Assembly: GCF_009914755.1 (NCBI RefSeq)
Contig: NC_060938.1
From: the human T2T-CHM13v2.0 reference genome, Homo sapiens
DNA length: 64,000 bases
Strand: one strand, 5' to 3'
The translations under genes were made by a program, and so were the position numbers. Under the pieces are notes generated by a model. It saw only the letters and a program-made list of their open reading frames with translations, had not been told where the DNA came from and did not search any database. Numbering within the stretch: position 1 is the first letter of the stretch; each line of letters begins with the position of its first letter. Shown piece by piece: positions 37,600 to 48,923 of the stretch.

Positions 37600-38498
37600 A
37601 GGAATTAACATTTCAAAACTGAACTCTTGAACTTTCTCACCAAATGTCCTCTACCTACATCACAATTGATGTCAAATGTACACAGCTATTTAGACCAAAA
37701 CTGTTGGAATCGCCTCTGACTCCTCTGTCTCTCACTCCCCACTTCTAATGCATTAGCAAATCCTGTTACATCTTCAAAATATATCCATAATATGACTATT
37801 TCTCTCCATCTCCACTGTTGCAACCCTGGTCTAAGCCATCAATACTTCTTACCTGGATTATTGCAGGAATCCTAACTGGACCTTTCATCTCTACAGTCAC
37901 TTCTCAATGCAGCGACCAGAGTGATACTGTTAAAAAATAAGTTAGGTCACATCATTTCTTTGCTCATAAACCTCCAATGTCTTCCCATCTCATTCAGGGT
38001 AGGAGCTAAAGTTTTTATAATGGTTGCAAGGCCCTACATGATCTGGCCCTGGGTTACCTCCTACATGACTTTCTTTTCCTCTCCTCTCCTCTCCTCTACT
38101 CACCCTGCTTTGGCCACACTTACTTCCTGACTGTTCCTAAAATAGAGTGGTATGCTCTCCCCTTAGGGCATTTGCATTTGCTATATCCTGAGGCTGCACC
38201 ACTCTTCCCTAACCTTGGCAAACCCTTACCTCCTTCAAGCAATCACTCAATGGTCATCTACACTAAAGGAAACTTTATCCCACCGTCCACCTCCCCACAC
38301 CCAGTACATCCCAGGTCCACTTTATTCTGTTCTAATATTTCCCCAAAGTACTTATTACCGTCTAACACTACGTAATTTTAAAATTATGATTATTATTCAT
38401 GGTACACTTTCTCTGTTAGTGCATAAGCTCCACAGTGTTAGGAATTTTGTCTTTGTTCATTGATCACGAGCATTAGAACAGTGTCTGGTTTGTGATAG
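37600..38498 (+). mobile_element. L2 3' portion; terminus resumes at ~40267-40290
   Basis: tgactcctctgtctctcactcccc...ctctccatctccactg...cctggattattgca...ttagaacagtgtctgg. Confidence 0.88.
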
Positions 38499-38700
38499 AT
38501 GTTATGGGCTGAATTGTGTCCCCTCAGATTCATTTGTTGAAGCCCTAACCCTCAGTACCGCAGAATGTGACTGTATTCAGAGATAGCACCTTGAAGGAAA
38601 TGACTAAGGTAGAGCCATTAGGGTAGGCCCTAATCCAATCCGACCGATGTCCTTATTAGATTAGGACATACATAGACACCAAGAGGATGCATGCAGAGGG
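38499..38700 (+). mobile_element. MLT1 (B/C-like) LTR, left part
   Basis: tgttatgggctgaattgtgtcccc...gttgaagccctaaccc...agaatgtgactgtatt...gggtaggccctaatccaat. Confidence 0.88.
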
Positions 38701-39140
38701 TGATATATTTTGAATATCCTTTCCAGTTCTCATGTTGAAATGTGTTCCCCCATGTTGGAGGTAGGGTCTGGTGGGAGGTGTCGGATCATGGAGGAAGAGC
38801 CCTCATGAATGCTTTGATGCCATCTCTTGGTGATGAGTGAGTTCTAATTTGATTAGTTCACAGGAGAGCTAGTTATATAAAAGAGCCTGGCACCTCCTCC
38901 TTTCTTTCCACATCTCTAACCATGGGACATGCCTGCTTTCCCCTCACCTTCTGCCATGAGTAAAAGCTACCTGAGACCTTCCCAGAGGCCAAGGAGATGC
39001 TGGTGCTATGCTTGTAAAACCTATAGAACCATGAGCCAAATGAACCTCTTTTTAAAAAAAAAAAAAAAAAAAAAACAAAAAAAAAACAGATTACCTAGTC
39101 TCAGGTATTCCTTTATAGCAAGGCAAAATGAACTAATACA
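38701..39140 (+). mobile_element. MST (MSTA/B-like) 5' LTR
   Basis: tgatata...tctcatgttgaaatgtg...gtgggaggtg...agtctcaggtattcctttatagcaa...aactaataca; A-rich expansion at ~39055-39088. Confidence 0.88.
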
Positions 39141-40070
39141 GAAAATTGGTATTGAGGCATATGGGGTGGTGCTATTAAACTACCTGGAAATATGGAAGCA
39201 GCTTTGGAACTCTGTAACAAGCAGAGATTGGAAGACTTTAGAGGGCCCAGAAGAAAACTGGAAGATGAGGGAAAGTTTGAAACTTCTTAGAGACTTGTTA
39301 AATTACTGTGACCAAAATGCTGACAGACATATAGACAGTGAAGGCCAGGCTGAGGAAGTCTCCAGTGGAAATGAGGACCTTATCGAGAACTGGAGCAAAG
39401 GTCATCCTTGTTGCATCTTAGCAAAGAACTTTTCTACGTTGTGTCTCTAACCTAGGGATGTATGGAAGTTTGAACTTAAGAGTGAAGACTTAGGTCATCT
39501 GGCAGAAGAAATTTCTAAGCAACTAAGCCCTCAAGAGGTGGCATGTCTGCTTCTAACAACCTAGACTCAGATATGGGAGCAAAGAAATGACTTACAGTTG
39601 GAATTTATATTTAAAAGGGAAGCAGAGCACAACAGTTTGGAAAATGTGCAGCCTGGCCCTGTGGTAGAGATGAAAAAGCATTTTCAGGAGAGGAATACAA
39701 ATGGGCTCCCAGGTGCTAATATCCAGAACAATGTAAAAAAGGTCTTGAAGACATTTCAGAAATCTTTGGGTCAGTTCTGCCCATCACAAGCCCAGAGGCC
39801 TAGGAGGAAAGAATGGTTTCAGAGGTCAGGGCTGGGCCCTCTTGTCCTCCTCAGCCTTGGACACTGCTCCTCCCATCCTGACCTCTCTAGCTCCAGCCTC
39901 AGCTCAAAGGGCCCCTCGTACAGCTTGGATTACCACTCAGAAGGGCACAAGCCATAAGCCTTGGTGGCTTCCAAGTAGATTTCAGAGGATATATGGGAAA
40001 ACCTGGGTGCCCAAGCAGAAGCCTGCCACAGGAGTGGAACCCACACAGAGAGCCTCTACTAGGGCAGTGC
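39141..40070 (+). mobile_element. MST internal sequence, 3'-truncated
   Basis: gaaaattggtattgagg...gcagctttggaact...gaagatgagggaaagtttgaaacttcttagagac...agcctctactagggcagtgc. Confidence 0.9.
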
Positions 40071-40266
40071 TACTAAGAATAACCAAGTGAAGAGGCAGCA
40101 AGAATATGGCCATCGGCAAGCAAAGAGAGAGGCTTCAGAGGAACCAGCCCTGCCAGAACTTTGACCTCATACTTCTAGCCTCCAGAATGGTGGGGAAATT
40201 AATTTCTATTGTTTAAGCTACCAGGTCTCTGGTATTTTGTTATGGCAGCCCTAACAAACTAAGACA
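40071..40266 (+). mobile_element. MLT1 LTR, right part
   Basis: gtgaagaggcagcaagaa...gagagaggcttcagaggaaccagccctgcc...ttgttatggcagccctaacaaactaagaca. Confidence 0.88.
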
Positions 40267-43200
40267 CTCAATGAATAAAAATGAATTAATATCTTCTGAA
40301 TCACAGATTCTTTGAACAGCACAAGTCTGTGTATAAAAATTCGACAAATTACCAAGGAGGCCAGGAGACAGAAATGCCCAAATAAATGATTTCAGAATAT
40401 AGAATGGTCCACCCACCTGCCATTTATACTTAGAATTATTTTCTTGCCTTTATATAGACAAATACCACATCATCAATTCAAATGATCACTTTTGAAGGAC
40501 CAAAAATATCAGAATAATTAGACCCATATAGAAACCTGTCAAATATATGAGTTCTCCTAATGTACGAACTGGCTACTTTGTAAGCTACTCTTAACTCTAA
40601 AAAATATTACAAGATGATCTGATTTAGCGTGCTTTGAAATCCCCTGAGAAAACCTGTCCTCCTTAAGTACAACCTTTTTCCCCCCTCTGGCAAAGTTTGT
40701 TTTAGCAAGTTTTATTCAGACCATCCGAACTAAAGCACAGTTGTGACTTGATTGATACTTACTTCCAAGTAGAAACCACTGCAAAGTTTCTTTCGCATTG
40801 ATTAGTGTCTTCCAGCTGCCTAAAAACCCACAATGAATTCACAATGCATTAGGGATCGCATCAGGGGGTTATTTATGAGTGAGAAACAGGCTTATCTCTA
40901 CCTCTATTGTGCTATGGATATGCCAAAGGATCAGAGACTTATTATAGAAGCATTCTTGGGCATTATTCCCACCCAGAGTGAGTGGCTGGTTTTGATTAGT
41001 CTTAAATTAGCTTATCTGCAATTTATTTTTACATAGGAAGCACTCATTTGCTTTCTTATAAATAAGAGCTTACATATATCCATCACCACGTCTCACCATA
41101 AATTTAAGCAGAACTGCCTGTGGGCCCAATCTACAGCTTAGTCACCAGCATTAATGGGTTACCCAATATGCTCCTCACTGAGGTGTAAACTCAGTCAGTC
41201 TCTTATCTGGATCTCCCACCAAAATCAGTAGATAATCAAACTGCTAAAAATAAATGGAGCCGTATCTTATACAAAATGTTATCTGCATCTGCTGAGGAAG
41301 AATACAAGGGGATCTGCTTTGTTGTGAAGTGTTTTGTGGTTTGAAAAGTGATAGGGTATTATGCCTGAGAAGGCAACACATTCAGAAGCCAGCCATCCAG
41401 TATCTGATTGGAGTTTACATAATGTGAAGGACGGGTGAACTCCTGAGTTTTAGCCCAGAAACAGTCCTGCGTTTTATTATGGGTATGGTGATTTTTAATG
41501 AATGGGGATGGATAGGTGAGTCTAAATGTAGGAAAAAAATGAATCTCAATTAAATCGAATTTCTGTTTTCTGAGAGAAGGTATTCTATTTTCCCCAAGCC
41601 AAGATATGTGTCTGATTTATGAGTGCTATGGGATAATCAATAATCAAAAGCAGAAATACTCTCAATTCCGAAAGTTTCTAAAATAACAAGAGAGGGAGGG
41701 AGGATAGAAAGTAGAAAATAAATGGAAAAATTAAGTCAAATTCTATTTTAAAGTGGTTCTTAAATGCAACCTTCCCGAATGTGGGCCGACTGCCATATTG
41801 AGAGAAAAAAATAAAGAAAAATAACAATAACAAAAACATGCACAAAAAATTCTTTTGATTACATTTTCTAAAACATACAGCTTTTCCAACTACCTTCTCT
41901 TTGAAACAGCTATAGTGAAGTGTCTCTGAGTGTATACATTCAATCTAATGCATGCATTTTAGTAATTCTGCGTCTTTTATTTCTGCTGGACTTGGGGCTG
42001 TACAGATATCCCTCTAGGTTAATATCTCACTGTCAAGGATGGTGCCCCATAGGGAAGTTCCGCCACTTCTTTCAGAAGTTCTTTCAGATCCTACCACTCA
42101 CTGTCAAAAATTGTGGCATCTTCTATTGGTTTTTCATTCCCTTTTATGTACCTTCTTTTTATTGATTTTTTTTCTTCTTTTTTATATGTTTTCCCTCTCT
42201 CTCCTCCTGCTGTTCTTATTATCTCGAGTCCCACAGGTTCTCAGCTGTAGTCTTCTTTGTTTTCTATGTTTGCCTGGTAGCTCCTTTGACTCCTTCTCAG
42301 TATCTCTCGGATTCTCTTTCAGCACTTGCTTTCCCTCGAATCAATGCCTTTCTTGTTTAAAGCTACGGTGGTCTTTGGTTTGTCCTGTGAGCTATTTACC
42401 TTATTGTGACAAGAAGGATGAATTGTCTTCTGCTTTTCCGGCAGACCTAAAGTGCTGCCATCCATCAACCTGGAGATGATTTCATGTATTTAGGATGTCA
42501 AGGGCTGGAATGATACTAAATAAACAGTACTAGGCTGAAAAGTCCCAATGAGATTATGCTTATTCTCTGTGGAGCCCCTATCCCTAGCTAGTAGTATCTG
42601 TCAACAGAGAAAATGAGTTTTAATAAACTTTATCATTATAAATGTAATCTTTCAAACATTTATGGGGAATGTGGATCGCCAATGTTTTTCTAAAGTATCA
42701 ATAGGAAAAATATGTATTTATAATATTCTTTTATATAAACTAGCTGAGCTTTTATTCATGTGCCTGTGTATAATTGGTATGACTTAGAATTCTCTACACA
42801 GACATGTGTGACATAAACTGACTTTATTCCCAAAGTTAGAAAATATTATTCTAATCCTTCAACACCCAAATTGCTGAGATGAGACATTTTCTTCATTTGA
42901 TCAATTCCCAATCAAATACTGAACTAGTTCAATGATTTCTGCAACATAATTTAGTTCTGAATATCTCAGTCTTCCTCAGTAATTATTCGGTCAAATTAAA
43001 TTATAATCACTTATCAGCCAATGATCACAGCCTACACTCTTATCTCTTCTTGGATATCGCCTCTGACCCTAAAACCCCCAAGGGGCCTTTCTCACTCTCA
43101 TCACTCCCCTTACCCCCAGAAGCAAGAGCAGCATGGAAGGAAGATTCTGCTTGTGCAACTAAAATGTTGTTGTTGGTTAAAAGATATCTCAGTCTTAATC

Positions 43201-43504
43201 TGGTTCCATTTCATATCTATCACCTCTCAAAGGTGAGCCATGCTCCATTCTTATCTTTGTGTGTAAGTCTTACGACACAATTTAAAACATCCAGTAAATC
43301 AGATGTGTGTCTTCTTTTTTACTAACCTCCTCTCTGCAAATTCTGAAAGCCAAGAGGTAACTGGAATGGACATCTCCTTCTATTCTTTTTTTGGACATAG
43401 TAACCTGGGCTTCTTTATGTCCTGCTCATTTGGGGCACTCTAGTGAGCTCCTAGGCTTCAGATAAGAAGGTGCTAGTCTCTATATTCAACTATTCCAAAC
43501 TCCA

Positions 43505-43670
43505 AAAATATATGCCAGTGCCCAGAGGGCACATGTAAAATAAAAATGCAGAATGTCTTGTTCAAAAATTATTAATAATTTCACGATGGCTATCACAGAA
43601 TATTAAACCACACTTCTGAATGCAACCCCTGTGTGACTGCATAAGTAGCACACCCATGATGCCAGCCCTG
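43505..43670 (-). mobile_element. MER45A-like (hAT-Tip100)
   Basis: aaaatgcag...cttgttcaaaaattattaataatttca...cctgtgtgactgca...cacacccatgatgccagccctg. Confidence 0.8.
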
Positions 43671-44199
43671 CCAGAGCCCCATTTCCTGCATTATCTAGAA
43701 GCTCCTCCAAATAGTTGCTCTAAGAACAGCCCCTCACATATTCTTTTCTAGCCCATCTGGTTCATCCTCTCCCAAATCTGGACTTCATCTGAAAATTTCA
43801 AATGACAAACTGAGATTTATTTGAAGTTGGATGGTGGAAATTAATGAAACTTGCTTTCAGAAATACACAGTCTTCATCTTGGGTATATTTGAAGTACCTG
43901 ACCATTTTTGTTGCTGTTGTTGCTGTTGTTCAGTAAGCTAGTTTCTCTCCTTACTCTCTGGATACCATTACAGTCTCAGGATGAGGTAGAGGCAGATACC
44001 ATTTCAATAAGCAATATCCTAGCCCTAGAGCAAAAGGAAGGAGGCAGACTATCTTTTCTAGTCCCATGGTTATGTGACAAAAATGGATATATATATAGAG
44101 AGAGAGAGAGAGAGAAAGGGGAATAGTCATAAGTATGTTCTAAACTGCTCTTTCCAGGTTTGCTTCAGAAAGAGGAAATAGAGTCTTTTGCCCTGCCCA

Positions 44200-44900
44200 C
44201 TGTTTGGAACTTGGGAACATGACTGCTGTGCAGAGCAGTCCCACATACACTAGCATAGTCAGGAAGGAGGAGTACAGATGTAATATCAAGACATAGTTCA
44301 GTTTGCACACTGCGTCAAATGTGATTTCTAGGTGGTGTGAACTTTAAGAGCTAGGGGACTGTCATTGGGCTGAATATGATGGCTGTGTGGGGAAAGTGGT
44401 GAAGTGATCCTGTTGCAGAGGCCGTAAGGTAGACAGGTAGGCCTTATGCCACACAGATCACATGGAAGGGACTCTGAGGGGCTTGTAGTGGCCACAAGAG
44501 AATAGAAAAGGCTAAATCAGCGTGGTAGGTCCATTAGGCCCTGATCAAGCCAAGAAAGAAAGCAAGAGTTGATTGTTGTCAGGTATCAGTAGCAGATGAC
44601 AACAGTGTGCCATGTACAAGATCAGGTTACTATCTCTCAGGGGATATGAGCCAATACCACATCGAAGGACAGGCAGCAGACTGTGGATCAACTGTCCTTA
44701 CTTCTACAACGTCATATAGGCCTTTTTCCCATGAACTAAGAGTCTGTTGTTAGAAAGAGAAGGGGGACAATATCTCAGATGCTCCCTTAGTATTTTGCCT
44801 AAAGAAACTGAGTTATTCAAAAGAGATGTCTTATAGTAGTCCTGATAGGCAGTTACATTTTAAATAGGATAAATACTGAAATGAGCAGGAACTTGTTTAA
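44200..44900 (+). mobile_element. Possible ancient LTR (MamGypLTR-like)
   Basis: Purine-rich LTR-like body; aaagaaactgagttattcaaaagaga resembles Gypsy-LTR 3' regions; family and boundaries uncertain. Confidence 0.35.
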
Positions 44901-44984
44901 ACCAGCATAAAAGGGGATATTGCTACTTAGCCCCAGTGCAAGGTACATCTAAATAAGGAACTATACAAGGTCAGGGACTGAGAC

Positions 44985-46135
44985 ATGAAAATATATATGG
45001 GACAAATATTTCAAGCAGAGAGAAGAGCAAGTGCAAAAGGTCCTGGGATGGGGGAAATGACTGGAATGAGCAAGAAATAGCAAGGGGGCTCAAGTGACTG
45101 GAGCATGCTGACATGAAGGAGTAATAGGAGATAAAATTAGGGAAACAATGGGAGAACCGGATTCTAAAAAGCTTTGTGGGCCATTTGAGGAAACTGGATT
45201 TTATTCTAAGTGAGAAGGCAAAACATTAGATGATTGGTTCATAGGGGTGACATGATCTGACTTTACACAGTAGGAGTTAAATAAGGAAAGAAGGAAAGAG
45301 ATAGTTTAGGAAGATACCACAATAATCCAAATGAGATATACTGGTGGCTTGAACCAGGGTGATTATGATGAAGGAGTGAGAAACTTAACTTTGGGTATTT
45401 TAAGCTTGAGGTGCAGATCATGCATTCAGGTAATGACACAAATCTGAGATTCAGGAAAGAAGTCTGGAAATCTTCAACTTGCATATGGGATTTGACGCTA
45501 TAACACTACACGAGATTATCAAGGGAGTGAGTATGAAGAGAGAAAAAGAAGGCGTCTAAGGACAGAGCCCTGGAGCAATTCTCTGTTTAGAAGCCAGGGA
45601 GATGAAGAGGAACCAAAGAAAGAGACACATAAAAGGTGTCTGGGAAAGTGAAAAGAAAGCTAAGTGGAAGCTGGTGTCTTAGAAACCAAGTAAAGACAAA
45701 CTTTCAAAGAAGAGAAAGATGGTATGATGCTGTTAAGTCCAATAAGGTAAAGACTAAGAACAGATTGTATTTAGCTACATGGAGGCCACTGGCAAACTTA
45801 CCAAGATCAATATTTGTACATGGCTGGAGGGGATCCAGGGGAAATAGAGGAGAAGGATTGGAAATTGTGGGTATACATCACTCAAGATATTTTGTTCTAA
45901 AGAGCATCAGAGAAATGAGGCAATAGCTAGTTAGATATATAGAGTCAAGATATGGTTTTATTTTCAAGATCAGAGAAATGATAGCATAATTGTATGTTGA
46001 TGAGAATAACTCAGTAAAGAGGGAAGTTTTTATGTGCTGAATAGAGAGAGGAGAATTGCTGGAAAGGCTGAGAGGAGATGGCATACATTGTACAAGTAGA
46101 GGAGTTAGCTATAAAAAAATGCCCAGACAGTTCAT
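44985..46135 (-). mobile_element. L2, ~1.1 kb
   Basis: gcaagtgcaaaaggtcctg...ggattttattctaagtgaga...ggtggcttgaaccaggg...aaggacagagccctggagc...ggatccaggg. Confidence 0.88.
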
Positions 46136-46309
46136 CTACACAATGGAGAGAAGGCAAGTCTTGGCATGTTCACAATTTTCCAATATTCTATGAAGTATAA
46201 CAGGAAGAGCCAATACTGTCATTTTTGTTATCAAGGTGAAGAAACCTGTAATAGTGATTTTCAAAGACCAAGAAGGCAATTTAGCATTGTCTCTAAAAGC
46301 ACAGATTAA

Positions 46310-46450
46310 GTCAAAGAATGAGTCCAGCTCTGCCATTCTAAGCTCAAGTTTCTTGATCTGCAAAAAGTCATTGGGAGAATTAAGTGAGATATTGAGAGAG
46401 CTAAGCATAGTGTGGCAGAGCTCACTATGCATAATCGTAGTTGCTCAACA
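46310..46450 (+). mobile_element. MIR fragment
   Basis: tccagctctgcca...gagaattaagtgagata...agcatagtgtggcagag. Confidence 0.55.
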
Positions 46451-46454
46451 TTAT

Positions 46455-46822
46455 TCATGTCCTCTCTCCCTTGGCACAGTGCTTTCCTGTGTTTCCCAGC
46501 CATAGTTGCACATACATAGGGTCATGTGACTGAGCTCCTTCCACATGAGTGTAAGAGGAGTGATAATCATCAGTTCCAGGCCTGGCCCACTGAAACCTCA
46601 ATCACATTCTTCTTCTCATCTGCTGCCCTTATCATTCTGCCAGCTGGATGCAGGGGATGTATTGAAGTACTCTGAGGCAATGGAAGATGGCAGAGCCACC
46701 AGTTGGAAATAGGTTGGGTGCCTTCCGACTTGGTGTAAGCAAGAAATAAACTTTTATTACCTTAATCCACTAAGATTCTTGGCTTATTAGAGGGGCAAGA
46801 ATTAATTCCTCTAATTAATACA
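46455..46822 (+). mobile_element. MLT1J/K-like MaLR LTR
   Basis: ggtcatgtgactgag...ttccaggcctggcc...gatggcagagccac...aagaaataaacttttatt...taataca. Confidence 0.75.
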
Positions 46823-47939
46823 ATAAGCCCCTAGTAAATGTTAAATATCCCTATTAATGTGTTAGCCCAATACCACCTTAATTAATGATGGAGGTTCACA
46901 AACATCTACATTTTCTCATTCCTAGTTTAGTGCTTTTCTATATTATGTATTAGATTATCTATTTTTTTGTCCACTGTGCATAAGAAGCCATTATTCCTTT
47001 CAGATTACAAGCTCTACTGTGTTAAAAAAAAAAAAAAGGAAAAGCAGTTATATCTTGTCGGAAACTCTATCTATAAGCCATCTTAAGCAGCAAATGTTGT
47101 TGCTTTGACTCTCTTCTTTCAAGTTGAAATGTAACTGAAAATAAATAATTGAGGTTATGTATCACTGAATAAATCAGTTTATAAGTATCTGATCTATTGA
47201 TGCAGAATATCTGGTACTCTGAGATTTATATTGCAACTAGGTCACAAGTGAAAACATTTCCAGCTACCATCTCTAAACTTTATGTGGACAGACAGTGATT
47301 GATATTTTTCAATAGCAAGATAGTAATTGCTATCTTAGAATTTCCTTAATTTCTCCAATTCAAAAGGAATCAAATTTTCTTTTTTATACCTTTCTGTTCA
47401 TTTAATTGGAGCATAACATTAGGAAAAACTCTTTAATATTCAAGAAGCATATCTCAAATAGCATCATGTCATGAATATTCCCCACCGTAAAGTCATACTT
47501 TTGCTTTGACCTTGTTGTCATTGTTTTGTTACATAAATTATTCAGCCTGGTATGTCTTATAGATTAAATACTCTGGAAACAAATTAAAAAGCATCCCAGT
47601 GGCTTAGAAATGTCAAGTAACGCTTCTTTTCTCTGAATACCTCTTGTAAAATGGGATAGTAAAAAATAACCCCACAAAAGTAGGCAAGATGATTTGTTAA
47701 GGGATCAAATTGCCAACTGAAATAAGCATCTCTGCTTCTTAAAACAAACCTTATAACTCATTTTTCATTGTTGAAATCGAACAGGGATATGCAACTTGCC
47801 CATTGATGTGTAGAGTAGAGAAACTTATCCTGACCCAATACCACAGGCCTTTTATAATTACGAAGTGAGGCTGAAAGAAGACACATTTTCCCCAGAAGGT
47901 AGAATGCTCAAAGCTTCCTTTGCCCACAGAAGAGAGTTC

Positions 47940-48090
47940 CCAGGAAGACAATAGAGTTCCTTAGCAGAGCTTTCCAACTATAGAATGGGCTGCTATACTA
48001 TCAGTTATGACTAATGGAAGTTTTCACCTCGAAGCTATTAATAGATAACCAATCATGGCAGAAGGTAGAAAAAGGCTTCTTAAATAGAAG
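47940..48090 (+). mobile_element. L3/CR1 3' fragment
   Basis: ttccttagcagagctttccaactatagaatgggctgc resembles the L3 3' consensus. Confidence 0.5.
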
Positions 48091-48209
48091 GTTTATTCAC
48101 TTATTTTTAAAAATCCTCTATTAAGCAACTAATCTGAGAATACTCATTGAGAATACAAATATAAAAAGACAATATCTCTTGAGAAGCTACTAACACTCCC
48201 AAAATATTT

Positions 48210-48425
48210 TCCCTGTACCAGGGGTTGTTCCGATTTTATAGGTATTAACTCATTTAATTGTCACAACAACCCTATAAAAGTGGTCTTATTATCATATTTA
48301 TTTTATAAACAATAAAACTGAGGCCCAGAGAGATTAAGAAACTTGCCTGAGTCACATAGACTGCATGAGAAGGAGTTTCAATGCAGGCAACCTGACTCCA
48401 GAATTTGGGCTTCATACCCTGCCGC
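48210..48425 (-). mobile_element. MIR SINE
   Basis: aactcatttaattgtcacaacaaccctat...aaactgaggcccagagagattaagaaacttgcc...tgactccaga. Confidence 0.88.
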
Positions 48426-48544
48426 CTCTGTCCATGAGGCTCCAGGGCCCAGCAGTTTACCAGGAGTGACAGCTGAGACATCCACAATTACCCTGTGATA
48501 AGGGCAAGAGCAAAAGCATGCACAAAGTGCAGGCATACACCTGT

Positions 48545-48923
48545 TGATATGGTTTGGCTCTGTTTCCCCACCCAAATCTCATCTCAAATTGTAATGCCCA
48601 GATGTCGGGGTAAGGACCTGGTAGGAGGTGACTGAATTATGGGACACACTTCCCCCTTGCTGTTCTCGTGACTGTGAGTTCTCAGGAGATCCGGTCATTT
48701 GAAAGTGTGTGGCACTTCTCGCTTTTCTCTCTCTCTCCTGCTCTGTCATGGTAAGATGTGTTTGTTTCCCCTTCGCCTTCTGCCATGATTGTAAGTTTCC
48801 TGAGGCCTCTCAGTCATGCTTCCTGGTAAGCCTGCAGAACTGTGAGTCAATTAAACCTCTTTTCTTCATAAATTACCCAGTCTCAGGTAGTTCTTTATAG
48901 CAGCGTGAAAACGGACTAATACA
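48545..48923 (+). mobile_element. THE1D-like solo LTR with intact 5-bp TSD
   Basis: tgatatggtttggctctgtttccccacccaaatctcatc...ggactaataca; cctgt at 48540-48544 and 48924-48928. Confidence 0.95.

Noticed and set aside
38929-40090. Longest ORF (173 aa) and neighbours
   Set aside because: Runs through the MST LTR, a poly-A expansion (poly-Lys) and MaLR internal sequence; repeat-derived
42039-42479. 146-aa Leu/Phe/Ser-rich ORF resembling a membrane protein
   Set aside because: Hydrophobicity comes from a pyrimidine-rich low-complexity tract
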